NCBI RefSeq assembly: GCF_963921235.1
Contig: NC_086108.1
Location: 95,296,001-95,360,000 of the forward strand
DNA from: Mobula hypostoma
Lineage: Eukaryota
Direction of reading: 5' to 3'
Length of the DNA: 64,000 nt
The notes under the pieces were generated by a model, which saw only the letters and a list, made by a program, of their open reading frames with translations, did no database searches and was not told the DNA's origin. Shown one piece after another: positions 1 to 13,019 of this stretch (within the stretch, counting starts at the first letter, position 1; every line of letters starts with the position of its first letter). The position numbers and the translations under genes were made by a program.

Positions 1-1310
1 AGGAATTAACTTTGTGAACCTACGCTGCACTCCCTCAATAGCAAGAATGTCCTTCCTCAAATTTGGAGAATGAAACTGCACACTACTCCAGGTGTAGTCT
101 CACCAGGGCCCTGTACAGCTGCAGAAGCACCTCTTTACTCTTATACTCAATTCCCCTTGTTATGAAGGCCAGCATGCCATTAGCTTTCTTCACAGCCTGC
201 TGTAATTGCATGCTTGCTTTCAGTGACTGATGTACAAGAACACCTAGATCTCGTTGTACTTCCCCTTTTCCTAACTTGACTCCATTTAGATAATAACCTG
301 CCTTCCCGTTCTTACCACCAAAGTGGATAACCTCACATTTATCCATATTAAACTGCATCTGCCATGCATCTGCCCACTCACCCAGCCTGTCCAAGTCACC
401 CTACATTCTCATAACATCCTCCTCACATTTCACACTGCCACCCAGCTTTGTGTCATCGGCAAATTTGCTAATGGTACTTTTAATTCCCTCATCTAAATCA
501 TTAATATATATTTTAAACAGCTGCAGTCCCAGCACTGAACCCTGCGGTACCCCACTGGTCACCGCCTGCCATTCCGAAAGGGAGCCGTTAATCGCTACTC
601 TTTGTTTTCTGTCAGCCAGCCAATTTTCAATCCATGTCAGTACTCTGCCCCCAATGCCATGTGCCCTAATTTTGCCCACTAATCTCCTATGTGGGACTTT
701 ATCAAAGGCTTTCTGAAAGTCCAGGTACACTACATCCACTGGCTCTCCCTTGTCCATTTTCATAGTTACATCCTCAAAAAATTCCAGAAGATTAGTCAAG
801 CACTATTTCCCCTTCGTAAATCCATGCTGACGCAGACCAATCCTGTTACTACTATCCAGATGTGTGGTAATTTCATCTTTTATAATTGACTCCAGCATCT
901 TTCCCACCACTGACATCAGGCTAACCGGTCTATAATTCCCTGTTTTCTCTCTTCCTCCCTTCTTGAAGAGAGGGACAACATTAGCCACCCTCCAATCCAC
1001 AGGAACTGATCTTGAATCTGTAGAACATTGGAAACGGCCATGATTTCTAAAGCCACCTCCTTAAGTACTCTGGGATGCAGACCATCAAGTCCCAGGGACT
1101 TATCAGCCTTCAGACCCAACAACCTATCCAACACCATTTCCTGCCTAATATAAATTTCCTTCAATTCATCCATTACCCTAGGTCCTTTGGCCACTATTAC
1201 ATCTGGGAGATTGTTTGTGTCTTCCCTAGTGAAGACAGATCCAAGGTACCTGTTCAGCTCATCTGCCATTTCCTTGTTCCCCATAATAAATTCACCCGCT
1301 TCTGTCTTCT
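1..1310 (-). mobile_element. CR1-clade LINE, reverse transcriptase region, disrupted and 5'-truncated; continues past the window start
   Basis: ORF pieces contain [38 protein letters not shown] and FNMDKCEVIHFG, interrupted by stops and a frameshift. Confidence 0.95.
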
Positions 1311-1354
1311 GTCTTGTAGCCACACAGCTTCAAGCTGACAAGAAAATGACAGTA

Positions 1355-1800
1355 AAAGTTCAGAATTAATTTACTATCAAAGTGTCATATTGCTTTGAGA
1401 TTAATTTTCTTGTAGGCATTTACAGGAAAAAAGAAATACAATAGAATATGGACAACGACCGATAAATAGTCAATATACAAAAGAAGACAATTTGTCTAAA
1501 TAAAATAAAAATACTGAAAACATGAGTTTTTGAAAGTGAGAGTGTAGATCGTAGAATCAGTTCAGAGTTGTGGTGAACTTAGTTATCCATGCTAGTTCAG
1601 GAGCCTGGTTGTTGTCGAGTAGTAACTGTTCCTGAAGCTGATGGTGTGGGATCTAAGGCTTCTGTACTTCTTGCCCAATGGTAGTAGCAAGAAGAGCATG
1701 GCCTGGTTGCTGGGGGTCCTTGATGATGCTACTTTCTTGTGGCAGCACTCCATGTAAGTGTACTCAATGATGGACTGGGTTGTATCCACTACTTTCTGTA
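1355..1800 (-). mobile_element. Rex1/Babar-type LINE 3' fragment
   Basis: C-terminal motif LLPLGKKYRSLRSHTISFRNSYYSTTTRLLN followed by a 3' UTR. Confidence 0.7.
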
Positions 1801-2820
1801 GTGTCATCCCACCATCCAGCACTATAATAACAGCATAATAGTCAGGAGACAGTAGTAGCAACGTAATCTTCTGGAAACTTCTGATTCAGACTTTCTAACT
1901 GAGCTTCTGAATTATTAAAACCTTTTCATGTTGATCTTTACATTTAAGTTCAGGTTCTTACCAAAATGCAAGTTCAAGAACAGCTAATTATCAAAAACGT
2001 TCCTCAAAAAAATCTATCACAATCCATGACAATTTAAAAATCAAGAAAAGTTTCCCAAGTATATTGGGAATGTCCAGTGCAAAAGGCATTTTGGGCAATT
2101 CTTTGCAATATTTGTAATACCGTACAACTTGTTTGCATTGAAAATAGCTACAGCACTTTTATTAAAATAGTGCTGTAGCTCAACTCTGCTGTTCAGGTTT
2201 GTTGACCAATTCTTTAGATGGTTGTTAATCTCAGCATTTTATTTAAAAGAATTATTTGGTAATGAATACTGTTAGTTATTTATCGGTTTAATAAATTTCT
2301 TTTTGGCCTAAAATTGTACCTGACAGATTTTGAATAAAGTAAGGACTGCTCCCCAAGTTACATACAGTGATTTATTATTTATGTATGCAAGTATGGTGTG
2401 TCAAGGGAATAAATTTATTATTTATTTCAATTGGGTAAAAGAAACATTTAGTCTGCAAGAAACAATAGGAAAACACTCAAACCACTTTCAGGAAAGATCT
2501 CATGATTTTTTTAACAAATCCTTTCAGTGGAGTTGCGCATCACTTCACTGCTTCGACCACTTTAGCATTTACCACAACTGTGTAACGTAAGACTCAGCTA
2601 AGCAATAGTGGTGATATTGCCACTGATTCAACTGTCATTCAGAGTTCATTATCCCCAATGAGGGGCTTTCGCGTGAACTTGTTAAATGGATAGAGCTCTC
2701 TGTTGCAAAATTAGGTTTAATGCCAAGTTCAGTGATAATTAATGTGTGAATCTTGTTGGCTAGGCATTGATAACAGGAAGGTTGTGTGAAAAGGGAAAAC
2801 TTAAGAGTGCAACATTTCTA

Positions 2821-3304
2821 CACTGAGTGGCCACTTTATTAGGTACACCTGTGCATCTACTCATTAATGCAGATCTCTAATCAGCCAATCATGTTGTTCA
2901 GACGAAACAACAGAATGGGGAAGAAATGTGATCTAAGTGACTGACTGTGGAATGATTGTTGCCAGACAGGGTAGTTTGAGTATCTGAGAAACTGCGGATC
3001 TCATGGGATTTTCACGTAGAACAGTCTCTAGAGTTTACACAAAATGGTGCAGAAAAGCCATAAAGCATCCAGTGAGTGGCAGTTTTGTGGGCAAAAATGC
3101 CTTGTTAATGAGAGAGGTGGGAGGAGAATGGCCAGACTGGTTCAAGCTGACAGGAAGGCAACAGTCACTCATATAACCATGTGTTACAACAGTGGTGTGC
3201 AGCAAAGCATCTCTGAATGAACAACACATCAAACCTTGAAGTGAATGGGCTACAGAAGCAGATATCCACACCAGTTGCAGTCCAAATAAAATTGCCTATG
3301 AGAG
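2821..3304 (+). mobile_element. Non-autonomous Tc1-family element, copy 1
   Basis: TA then CACTGAGTGGCCACTTTATTAGGTACAC TIR; degenerate right TIR plus TA. The interior is homologous to the copies at 24827 and 51953. Confidence 0.85.
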
Positions 3305-3482
3305 TATGATTCTGTTACTTTAAATGTGAAGTATTTGGGGATATTTTCTTTTACATTAATTTCAAAACTCATTTTAATGTGAATTTATCAAGCAGGAGGA
3401 GGTTCATAAAAGAACAGGCTTCTAATGTCAATAAAATCACATTAAACAATATTATCCCATTGTGTTTATTAAGCTACATGAG

Positions 3483-4170
3483 GAATCAAAATCAGATTTA
3501 TCAGTGACTTGGATGACATGGAATCTGTTTTGTGGTAGCAGTGCAGTGCAAACATAACATTTCTATAAATCACAAAGTTAAGTGGTGTAAAATAGATAAC
3601 AAAGCACTGTTCTTGTGTTCATGAACTGTACAGAAATCTGAAGGTAGGGGCAAGAAGTTGTTTCTGAATCACTCTTGTACCACCACCTTGGTGGTAGTAA
3701 CATAAAGGGGGTATATCGCAAAGGAAACAACAGGAATTCTGCAGATGCTGGAAATTCAAGCAACACACATCAAAGTTGCTGGTGAATGCAGCAGGCCAGG
3801 CAGCATCTCTAGGAAGAGGTACAGTCGACGTTTCAGGCCGAGATCCTTTGTCAGTCCCAAAGGATCAAGTTCTTTAGTGATAGGTGCTGCCATCTTGAGG
3901 CACTGCCTCTAATTGATGTTCTCAATGGTAAGATGGGTAGTACCTGTGAAAGCATTGGCTGAGGCAGCAACCGTCTGCAGCCTCTTGCAATCTGGTGAAT
4001 CAGAGCCTCCATGCCAGGCCAGGATCCTCCAGATGTTGACGGCTAAGAACTTGAAACTGCTAACTTTTTCCACTGCTAGCCCCTCGATGAAGACTGTTGT
4101 GTGTTTTCCCAACTTCCCCTTCCTGAAATCCGCAATCAATTCCTTGGTTTTGCTGACATTGAGTGCGAGG
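3483..4170 (-). mobile_element. Rex1/Babar-type LINE 3' fragment interrupted by a PLE terminal repeat
   Basis: IADFRKGK...VEKVSSFKFL motif; tail at about 3483-3560. Confidence 0.75.
3725..3856 (-). mobile_element. Short Penelope-like terminal-repeat insertion with a mutated hammerhead motif
   Basis: Near-identical to 19000-19118; the reverse complement reads ctgacaaaggatctcggcctgaaacgtcgactg. Confidence 0.8.
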
Positions 4171-5110
4171 TAAATAACAGTTAGACTACCCTTTTTCTCT
4201 GTTAAGCTTTATCTCATTTGTATCTGTTAATTATTCATCATCAATTTGAAACTGTGGAAAAACCCAACCTCCTCTGACAAATTAAAAATCAGAGAAATGT
4301 AACCTTTGATGTAAAAAAAAGCGCCATTGATGTTTTTGGTTAGGGAAAAGCTAACATGAAGTTCAAGGAAAGATTTGCATTTTTTTGAAATTACAGATCA
4401 CCTCAGCTACAGAAGTACAAGTTTCATTTTACCGGTAGCAGAAAAAAAAGTGAGAGATGCGAGAGACTGGTGATAATCATCTTGGAGGAGGAAAGGGTCA
4501 ATAAGAGGGCAAACAAAGCTGGGCTTTCTCACACAACTCCGCATCAGTCATTATGAGAATTCAGATCTAAACCTTAATATGTCACCCACAGAATGTCTGA
4601 ATCTATTGCATGTCTGATGCAATAAGAGCTCTGTAGTTGTGTGGGTTTCTGTTTTTGCAAGCGCATCCATCATCTATTTTCCTCATTTCAGAAATCAAAT
4701 TTTAAGACAATTAATTTACTCCAGTTTATTATTACACACCATTTTATTCCTATAATAGGAGTGGCTAATTAGCTGTGGTTAAAACTACAAGTTATCCAGA
4801 ATGTGTCAGATTTGGGTTTAAAACACTAAGTGTTAGGTTAAAAACTAATTTTAGGTCTATATAATTTATAATACACTAACTTAAAATCCATCAAAAATAT
4901 TGAATGGACCAACAATTTATAATAAAATCTGTATTGTGTTCTTTACCTACTGATCATATATCATTGTTTTATTGTCCATAGAAGCTCTTAAGAATTAAGA
5001 TTAGAGAATATGGAAGGATTATCAGGTGTGATCAAATCATCATCTTGGCTAAGGAGAGAATCATTGAACACTATATCTAAGATCAGAGTTCCATAAGATT
5101 TCTTGGGAGT

Positions 5111-5355
5111 CCATAAGACCATAAGACAAAGGAGCAGAAGTCGGCCATTCGGCCCATCGAGTCTGCTCTGCCATTTTATCATGAGCTGATCCATTCTCCC
5201 ATTTAGTCCCACTCCCCCACCTTCTCACCACAACCTTTGATGCCCTGGCTACTCAGATACCTATCTATCTCTGCCTTAAATACACCCAATGACTTGGCCT
5301 CCACTGTCGCCCATAGCAACAAATTCCATAGATTCACCACCCTCTGGCTAAAAAG
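5111..5355 (-). mobile_element. CR1-type 3' end fragment
   Basis: (ccataaga)n tail and ggagcagaagtcggccattcggcccatc, shared with 39425 and 21556. Confidence 0.85.
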
Positions 5356-6934
5356 TCTTGTGGGAAAAGGTATAAACTCAGTGAGACTCTAAGTGAATCA
5401 CAGTTTTTAGGATGTCTTTGTAAAACATTAATACAAAACAAAGGGAACCATCATTCAGGCCTCTGGGATTACCTTCCACTGCTTCACCTATGTTAGAAGG
5501 CTTCTTATTCTGATCTGTATGGATGTTGCTTCATGGTAGGGCTCGTCCTGCCAATTCCAGGACCATACATGAGATTTACATGTGCATAGCTTACATTAAA
5601 ATGGAACTGAAGAATTTTGATTGATAGACAAAATCAGTATTTTATGTCAATTGTCATTTTTCCTATGCTTGACTTTTCTAATCTACTAAATATTGTGGGT
5701 CAGACTTTATGTGGCATTGTGAAGATACTTCATTCTGGTTGAAAAGCCTCTGTTATGGCTTGATGACACTATATTTCTACCAGAGTATGACAAATTGGAG
5801 AGATCTGTGCTAAATTCAGTCAATAGCAACCAGAAGCTTAACATCGTGCATGACAGTGCAGCTTATTTGATGGACACCCCACCCAACAGGACTTATTCAG
5901 TGCTCCTTGAAAGACCCTGGCCACCCAATCCAAACTGAAATAGACTTCATTAAATGTTGAATTTGGGTTAATGAATTCAGTTAACGAAGACAGCTTGCTG
6001 CAATGTTCTTAGTATGTACATGTGTGTAATATATGTGCATCTGTAACTCCATCCTTCATGTACTTCAGTTCAGGATCCAATTGCTAATTTACTTGCTTTA
6101 TCTGCATTTTGTTGATTTAATGCGACACTCCAAGTTGTTGGAATATCAACATTCTGTAGATGCTCTGCTTTTTAAAAAGGTTACCTGTTTCTGTTTTCTT
6201 TTTAAATGAGATGATTTTGTATTTCCCTGCATTATGATCCTTCAGCCATTCTTTTGCTCACTCTCTCAACCTCTTTTCATTTACAGACTTTCTGTCCTCT
6301 TATGAACTTGGGTTCCCACCTAACTTTCTATTGTCAGCGAATTAAGAGCATGTGTAGGCCCTTTCAGTCTGATTTATTACTTAAAAGTCTGTTTTTAGCC
6401 TCATTTCTACAATTCCATCCACCTGAAGTAACTTTTAACTCCCTTGCTTATAGAGTGTCTTTCATATCCTCATTGTAACAGTTCTCTTCCTTAAAGGGGA
6501 TTAAAAACAATATCCAAAAAGTTCTGTCCCTCAAAGGGGGAAAATAGTCACATAAAAGCATTAAAACTTTTGGTCGATTCTCCCAGCAAGAAGCAGCATT
6601 TACTCCACATCCACCATGTTAAGACTCCTCATGATTTTGTATGTTTCAGTGTTTCCCTTTCACGCTTCTGAATTTCAGCAGATCTAAATTTGGCCCCAAC
6701 CTTTTCCTAATACAACAATTCACCATTCCAGGCATTAGTCTTTTCTGAATTGCTTCCAAAGCATTGATATCACCTTCACCAATCCCCTATACAACTGAAA
6801 CATAACCTTCCTTTATGTTTCACTCCCCTAGCTTTCCTAATGAATTGCAGTACTTGCATGCTAGCCTGTTGTGAATGATACATCAGACACTCACATCTCT
6901 CTGTGTCTAATCTCTGCTGAAAGAATTTTGCAGA

Positions 6935-7220
6935 CATACAACATGGAAACGGGCCGCAGAGTCCACACTGACCATCATCTACCCAATTATGTAAATTCTA
7001 CTTTCAACCCTTTTTTTTATTCTCATATTCCCATCAACTCCCCCTAGATTTTACTGCTTGCCGACATGCATGAGGCGAATCGCCTGCCAATTTGTACAAG
7101 TTTGGGATGTGGGAAGAAACTGAAGCATCCAGAGGCAACACGGGGTCAGAGGGAGAACATGCAAATTCCAAGGCCAGGACCCTGGAACTTGCAGGCTGCG
7201 CCAGTGTTCTCCCCACCTCT
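6935..7220 (-). mobile_element. V-SINE-like (HE1-type) SINE remnant
   Basis: Reverse complement of the V-domain (gggatgtgggaagaaactgaagcatccagagg...gggagaacatgcaaattcca) plus a CR1-like tail. Confidence 0.65.
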
Positions 7221-8707
7221 GGAGCCCTGCAATTTTTCACCATTTAAATTACAAGTGTTATTTTTTTACCAATCGTGCCCAGCTTCATAATTTCAAATTT
7301 TTCCATTTGCTGCATCTTCTCTCCCCCTCAATTTGTCAAGCTCCCTTTGAAGCCTCCTTTCATCCCCTTCATGGCTTACTGTCCTGTCTAACCTAGTTAC
7401 CAGCAAATTTTGCAACCTTATCTTCGATTCCTTCATTCAAATCATTCACATAAACGATAAAAAGTTGAGGCTCCACTTTAATTCTTATAGACATCACTTA
7501 CTAAGTCTCCTCAGACAGAAAAGGGCCCATTCTCACCATGTGAAGACTCTATCTTTTTTAAATAGAACTTCCTGCTTTCTTGTAAATAGCAAGTAATAGG
7601 AATAATTTAATTTCAGAGTGAGGAAGTAGAATCTGTTGATGCTACATTATTTCAAATTGCCTTAATAGAACTGGTCTTATGGATTACAGAGATTTGGTAA
7701 ACCATCATACTAAGAATAGTGGAGAAAATGGTGAAACGAGGTTATATCATCTGGTTTGACTGCTGAGATAGCTATAGTCCCTATCTCTTATGTACTCCAT
7801 ATGAAGAAATGTGCTACAGCAATTTATGCAAATAGTGAAAGACCACAATCTTCGGGTGCTTTGGGCAAGAACAAGCAATTAATTGACTCTCTACCATTAA
7901 TCTTGAAAAATGTAAGGAAGGGGCCATTGAGTGATGCTGTGACACCATTTCATATTAAATGAAAACAGCATATACTGGAGATATTCAGCAGTTTGGCATC
8001 ATCTGTGCAGAAAGAAACAGGGGTTTATGTATCAGGTCATAGAAACTTTGTCAGTTCTAATTTCAGATTTCCAGCACATTTTTTTTTCTCATCCAATGTT
8101 TCAGTGTTAGTTTTATATTAAATTGAAAACAATCTGATGTTCTGATTATCCCCATTGGTGGGGGGGATGGGGAATAGAGCTGATTGTGGGCAAAACTAAT
8201 TTTAAAAAATATTAGAAATAAGCTGAAACTGCCACAGTTTGGTGCCAGGACTGGCCTTTCATTTAGAGTCCAGCATGCTACAATTTAGTGAACCGCCTTT
8301 GCACTGCACAGACTAAAAATACCCAAATTTTCTTAGACGAATTTTCATTTTTCTATTAATTGTTCGTTTATCCAAATTGTGTCAATTCCTTATTATCCTG
8401 CTGTTTATACTTGTTACAGATTAACCGGTTCTCCAATTGCCCCTACGAATCAATCTCTTGAGGAAAAGCACGCTCTCTCAATAGGAGCCTTGAGTGGGCC
8501 AGCATATTTCCAACAGAGTACTGGGCTCTGCTAAATCCATTCCAAAGGGATTAATAATTCCTGTACAATAACAGGAGACCATTTGGCTCATCAAGACTGT
8601 GCTAGCTTTCAGACCGTTCCTATTTCCCTGTAATCTATTCTCTCTCATGCTCAGCATCTCCCTTAATTCTCCTATGACCCACCTGCACAAAGGGTAACGG
8701 ATAGTGG

Positions 8708-8995
8708 CGAGGTGCCATGGTAGCAGAGTGGTTAGTTTGGCGCAATTACAGTTCGGAGTGTCAGAGTTCAATGCCAGCATACTCTATAAAGAAAGGTTGT
8801 ACATTTTTCTCATGTGTGCATGGGTTTCCTCCGAGTGCTCTGGTTTCCTCCCACATTCCAAAGATGTATGTTAGTTGGCCATTGTAAATTGTCCTGTGAT
8901 TAGGCTTGGGTTAAATCGGCGGGCTGTTGGATGGCGCGACGCAGCTTAGTGGGCTGGAAGAGCTTATTCTGTGCTGAGATTTGTAAATAAATTAA
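8708..8995 (+). mobile_element. tRNA-derived V-SINE
   Basis: A-box-like tggtagcagagtggtt, B-box-like gagttcaat, and V-domain tgggtttcctccgagtgctctggtttcctcccacattccaaaga. Confidence 0.75.
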
Positions 8996-9449
8996 GTATT
9001 AACTCGCACAAGGGGTAATTTACAGTGACCAACTAACCTGCTACCAGCACATTCAAAGATTCAAAATACATTTGTTATCAAAGTAAAAATACAGTGTACA
9101 ACTCTTGAGAGTCATCCAACCCACCGATCTGAGGGGTATGGGAAGAAACAGAAGTTCCTGGGGGGCCTCACACTGACATGGGATGAAAGTGCAATCTCCA
9201 CAGACAGCATAGTAGATCTGAGTTACTGGAACCAAGCGGCAGTAGTATTACCTTTGTGCACCACTTTTTTAGCTTTCCTGTATGGACTATATTTAATTCT
9301 AGTAGCTTTTTAGCCGCTGAAGCGCTGTCAGTAAAGAAATCTTGACTTCTAATGCATAAATAATAAAGTAAGTAATTTGCAGCAGATTCGATCCCTTTTA
9401 CTATGTTTTTCATTATCTGTGTTTTAGCATTACCCATGGAGATACTCAT

Positions 9450-9875
9450 AAAGTCATTGAGCACGATGCACAGAAACAAGCCTTTCAACCCGTGTCATCT
9501 GTGCCAAGCTATTAATCTGCTTTGTCCCATCAATCTACATCTGGGCATGGCCCTCAGTAGCCCTCCCATCCATGTACTGAAACAGATTTCTCTTAAATGT
9601 TGAAATCAAAACCGCATCCTCCACTTCTGCTGGAAGCTCATTCCACACTCTCACCACTCTCTGAAGAAGTTACCCCTCATGTTCCCCTTAAACATTTCAC
9701 CTTTCACTCTTCACCCATGACCTCTAGTTCTAGTCTCACCCAACCTCTGGAAGAAGCCTGCTTGCACTTACTGTTCCCCTCATAATTTTGTATTCATCTA
9801 CCAAATCTCCTCTCATTGTCCTACACTCCAGGGAATGAAGTCGTAAACTACTCAACCTTTCCCTGTAACTCAATG
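9450..9875 (-). mobile_element. CR1 (HER1-like) 3' fragment
   Basis: Homologous to 15336-16089 and 40895-41510. Confidence 0.8.
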
Positions 9876-10189
9876 GATAATCAAGATTTGACGATGCAAA
9901 GCTTGTATAAACAACCTATTTTTATCTCAATCTAAAAAAAATTGATAGAAAAAGGGCAGGTTCTTCAAGCTAGTTCAGTCTGAGTAATATTCAAGTGAAG
10001 TTTCTAATTATGACTCGTGTAGCTCCTATACTGGTTCCTTTTAACATTTCTTAACAAATATGTCAGATTCCATGTACCAAAGTATTTGAGGCTTGTGTCC
10101 TTTAGGAGCAGCTTCAAGTGATCAAATTTTAATCACTTCGCTTGGTATTCTATCAAGTGACCACAAGCATTTTTGAGAGCACTGATCTT

Positions 10190-10862
10190 TCGTGCAGGAT
10201 TCCCCGAAGGTTAACTTGCAGGTTGAGTCAGTGGTAAGGAAGGCAAATGCAATGTTAACATTCATTTTGAGAGGACTAGAATACAAAAGCAAAGGTTAAT
10301 GCTGAGGCTTTATAAGACATTGGTCAGAATGCACTTGGAGTATTGTGAGCAGTTTAGTGCCTCTTATCTAAGAAAAGATGCACTGGCAATGGAGAGGGTC
10401 CAGAAGAGATTCACAAGAATGATTCCGGGAATAAAAGGGTTAATATATGAGGACTGTTTGATGGCTCTGGGCCTGTACTTACTGGACTAGAAGAAGGGGG
10501 GGATGGGGAAATCTCATTGAAATCTATTGAATATTAAAAGTCCTAGAAGGAGTGGAAATAGAGAGGTAGTTTCCTACAGTGGGGAAGTTTAGGGCCAGAG
10601 GGGACAGCCTCAGAAAAGAGGAGCATCCATTTAGATCAGAGGAGGAATTTTTTTTACCCAGTGGGTGGTGAATCTGTGGAATTCCTTGAAACCATCAGCT
10701 GTGGTGGCAAAGTCACTGGCAGAGGTTGATAGATTCAGGGTGTCAAAGGTTACAGGGAGAAGGCAGGAGAACGGGGTTGAGAAGGATGATAGATCAGCCA
10801 TGACGGAATGCTGGAGCAGACTCGATGGGCCGAATGGTCTGGTTCTGCTTTCATGTCTTATG
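10190..10862 (+). mobile_element. CR1 3' fragment
   Basis: LRLYKTLVRMHLEYCEQF...ERVQKRFTRMIPG followed by a CR1 3' UTR. Confidence 0.9.
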
Positions 10863-11057
10863 AACTTCTTAGTGGAGAGGAAGCCAAACTTGAAAGATAT
10901 GTGAAATTATGAATATCTGCCTTAAGAAAAAAAAGACAAGAATACGTAGTAAACGTTTTCAGCCTGTTGGCAATATGTTGCTCGATAATCAGTGCAGTAG
11001 ATATCAACGGGAGCATAAATGTAAGAGGAACTATTGGTCAGTAAACATGATGAAATT

Positions 11058-11470
11058 GTATTCAAGATTGTTTATTGTCATTCTTCAGTGTATAAGTATA
11101 AATACAAATGAATTATTATTTTGAATCCAATGCAGCATAAAAAACACACTAAGCATAAAGAACACAATGAACATAAATATAAAAGCAGTTCCTTCAAACA
11201 CAATGTACAAGTAACTGTTTGAGTGTGGGCGCATGTGTATAAGATTGGCTGCTATACCTAGACTAATTGTATGTGCATTAAGTGACGCTAGGTGCAGAAA
11301 TATCTGTACGTAAGGTGGCTGACAAGAAATGATAAACATACTCTTGGCAAGGGAAGTTCTTCTTGTTAACAGCAGGATATGTGAAAACACAGTAGGACAA
11401 TGATTGTCAGTGTAGGTAAGTGGTGTGGAGTGTAAGTGCGTTGGGGATGGAGGGTACTGAGGGGCTGTGG
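11058..11470 (-). repeat. Probable LINE-derived 3' region, unclassified
   Basis: Begins attcaagattgtttattgtc, resembling other LINE tails in the window. No protein motif is recognisable. Confidence 0.35.
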
Positions 11471-11659
11471 AGAGGAATGGCTGATGATGTTGTGGATTCT
11501 TTAATACGTGATATTTTATAACAATGGTTGTTGTGTCTAGGATTACAAACCTCATCAGCTTAACAAAAAATAGCTTGTGATTACTTAAGATGGAGGTAAA
11601 AATTTTGCCTGTTCTGACTCACTTTTTACTTTTTCATACTACTTGAAAACTGAAGTGTT

Positions 11660-11885
11660 ATCCATACCATTTCTAAATGGACATTGAACCCATGAACACT
11701 ACCTCACTTTTTAAAATGTATATTACTTCTGTTTTTGCACTATTTTTAATCTATTTAATAAATGCACACAGGCACATGCGCTATATGTATATATTAGTTA
11801 TTTATTTTCTTTCTCATGTATTGTACTGCTGTTGATAAGTCAACAAATTTCATGACACATGCTGGTGATAATAAACCTGATTCCA
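11660..11885 (+). mobile_element. Rex1/Babar-type 3' UTR and tail
   Basis: Homologous to 14850-15070 (aacactacctcac...ataataaacctgattc). Confidence 0.75.
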
Positions 11886-13019
11886 ATACCCTTCTGGCAA
11901 GCTCATTATTTATAACTCTGGACAGATAATGACCGAATTGATGCAATTTTTAAAATATATCCTAAAGACTGACATTTTGGTGCACCGAAAATAATACATC
12001 TTTACAAAGATTTTCCCTTTGTAATAGAAATTATTTGGAGGATTCTTCGGGAAGAAGTCCATTTAGTCACCATATACATATCTTGTTCAACACTACCTAC
12101 TGGATATTGAAATGAGTAGATTTGAGCCTAGTTCCTTTTTTGATTTCTGTTTTCAGGCTTCAAGTTAGAGCTCAATACAGCATTAGGAAGTTTTGTAGCA
12201 TGTCGCTGGTTCTCATCAAAATAAATGCTCCAAAAGTCGCTGTAATATTCTCACTTCCCAGTATTGCTGATTCATCCCTAGAGAAACATAACATGGAGGC
12301 AGTGTGGTTCCTTTCTATCATAACAGGAGAGCAGCTGCAAGCACAAACTGTGATTGATGCAAACTTATTCTTAGAATTATGAGCCAAGTGAACCAGTTTG
12401 ATTTTTGGTGCTACGAAGCTGCTTGATAATGAGTAATTTATACCCTTCTGCTAGGAATCAAGTATCGTGCTGAAACTTGGTTCAAAACTTTGGATTTTAA
12501 ATTCTTGAGCATTGTGATTTTTAAACAAATTTCTCCTTGTATCAAAATTCTTTTAACTACAGCAGGGAAAAAACAATACTGCATATGTTCTTTTACAGAG
12601 TTTTACCTAAAAACATAGTTTATAATTTACAGAATGCTAGAGGAACTCGGCAGGTCAGGAAACATCTATGGAAAGGAATAAATAGTCAACATTTTGGGCT
12701 GAGTACCTTCAGCAATCACCATAGACTCCGAGAGAATACAGCACAAAAATAAGCTGAATTGAATCAAGCACCCATTTTTACACTAATCCTACCCAAATCC
12801 ATTTTATTCTCGCCATTTTCCTGACAACTCTCCTAAGATTATATCTGTCATCTATACACCAAGGGCAATTTAGACTGGTCAATTAACCTACCTATCCAGA
12901 TGGTTTTGGAATGTGGGAGGAAACAGGACTGCCCTGAAAAGCCCCACCTTGTAGAACTGCTTTTACCATGCTCTGTACATCCTGTCTTATCACATCTTTA
13001 AAGTATGATAAATTATTTT

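Noticed and set aside
11085..11555. 156-aa minus-strand ORF
   Set aside because: Low-complexity, repeat-derived sequence with no recognisable domain.
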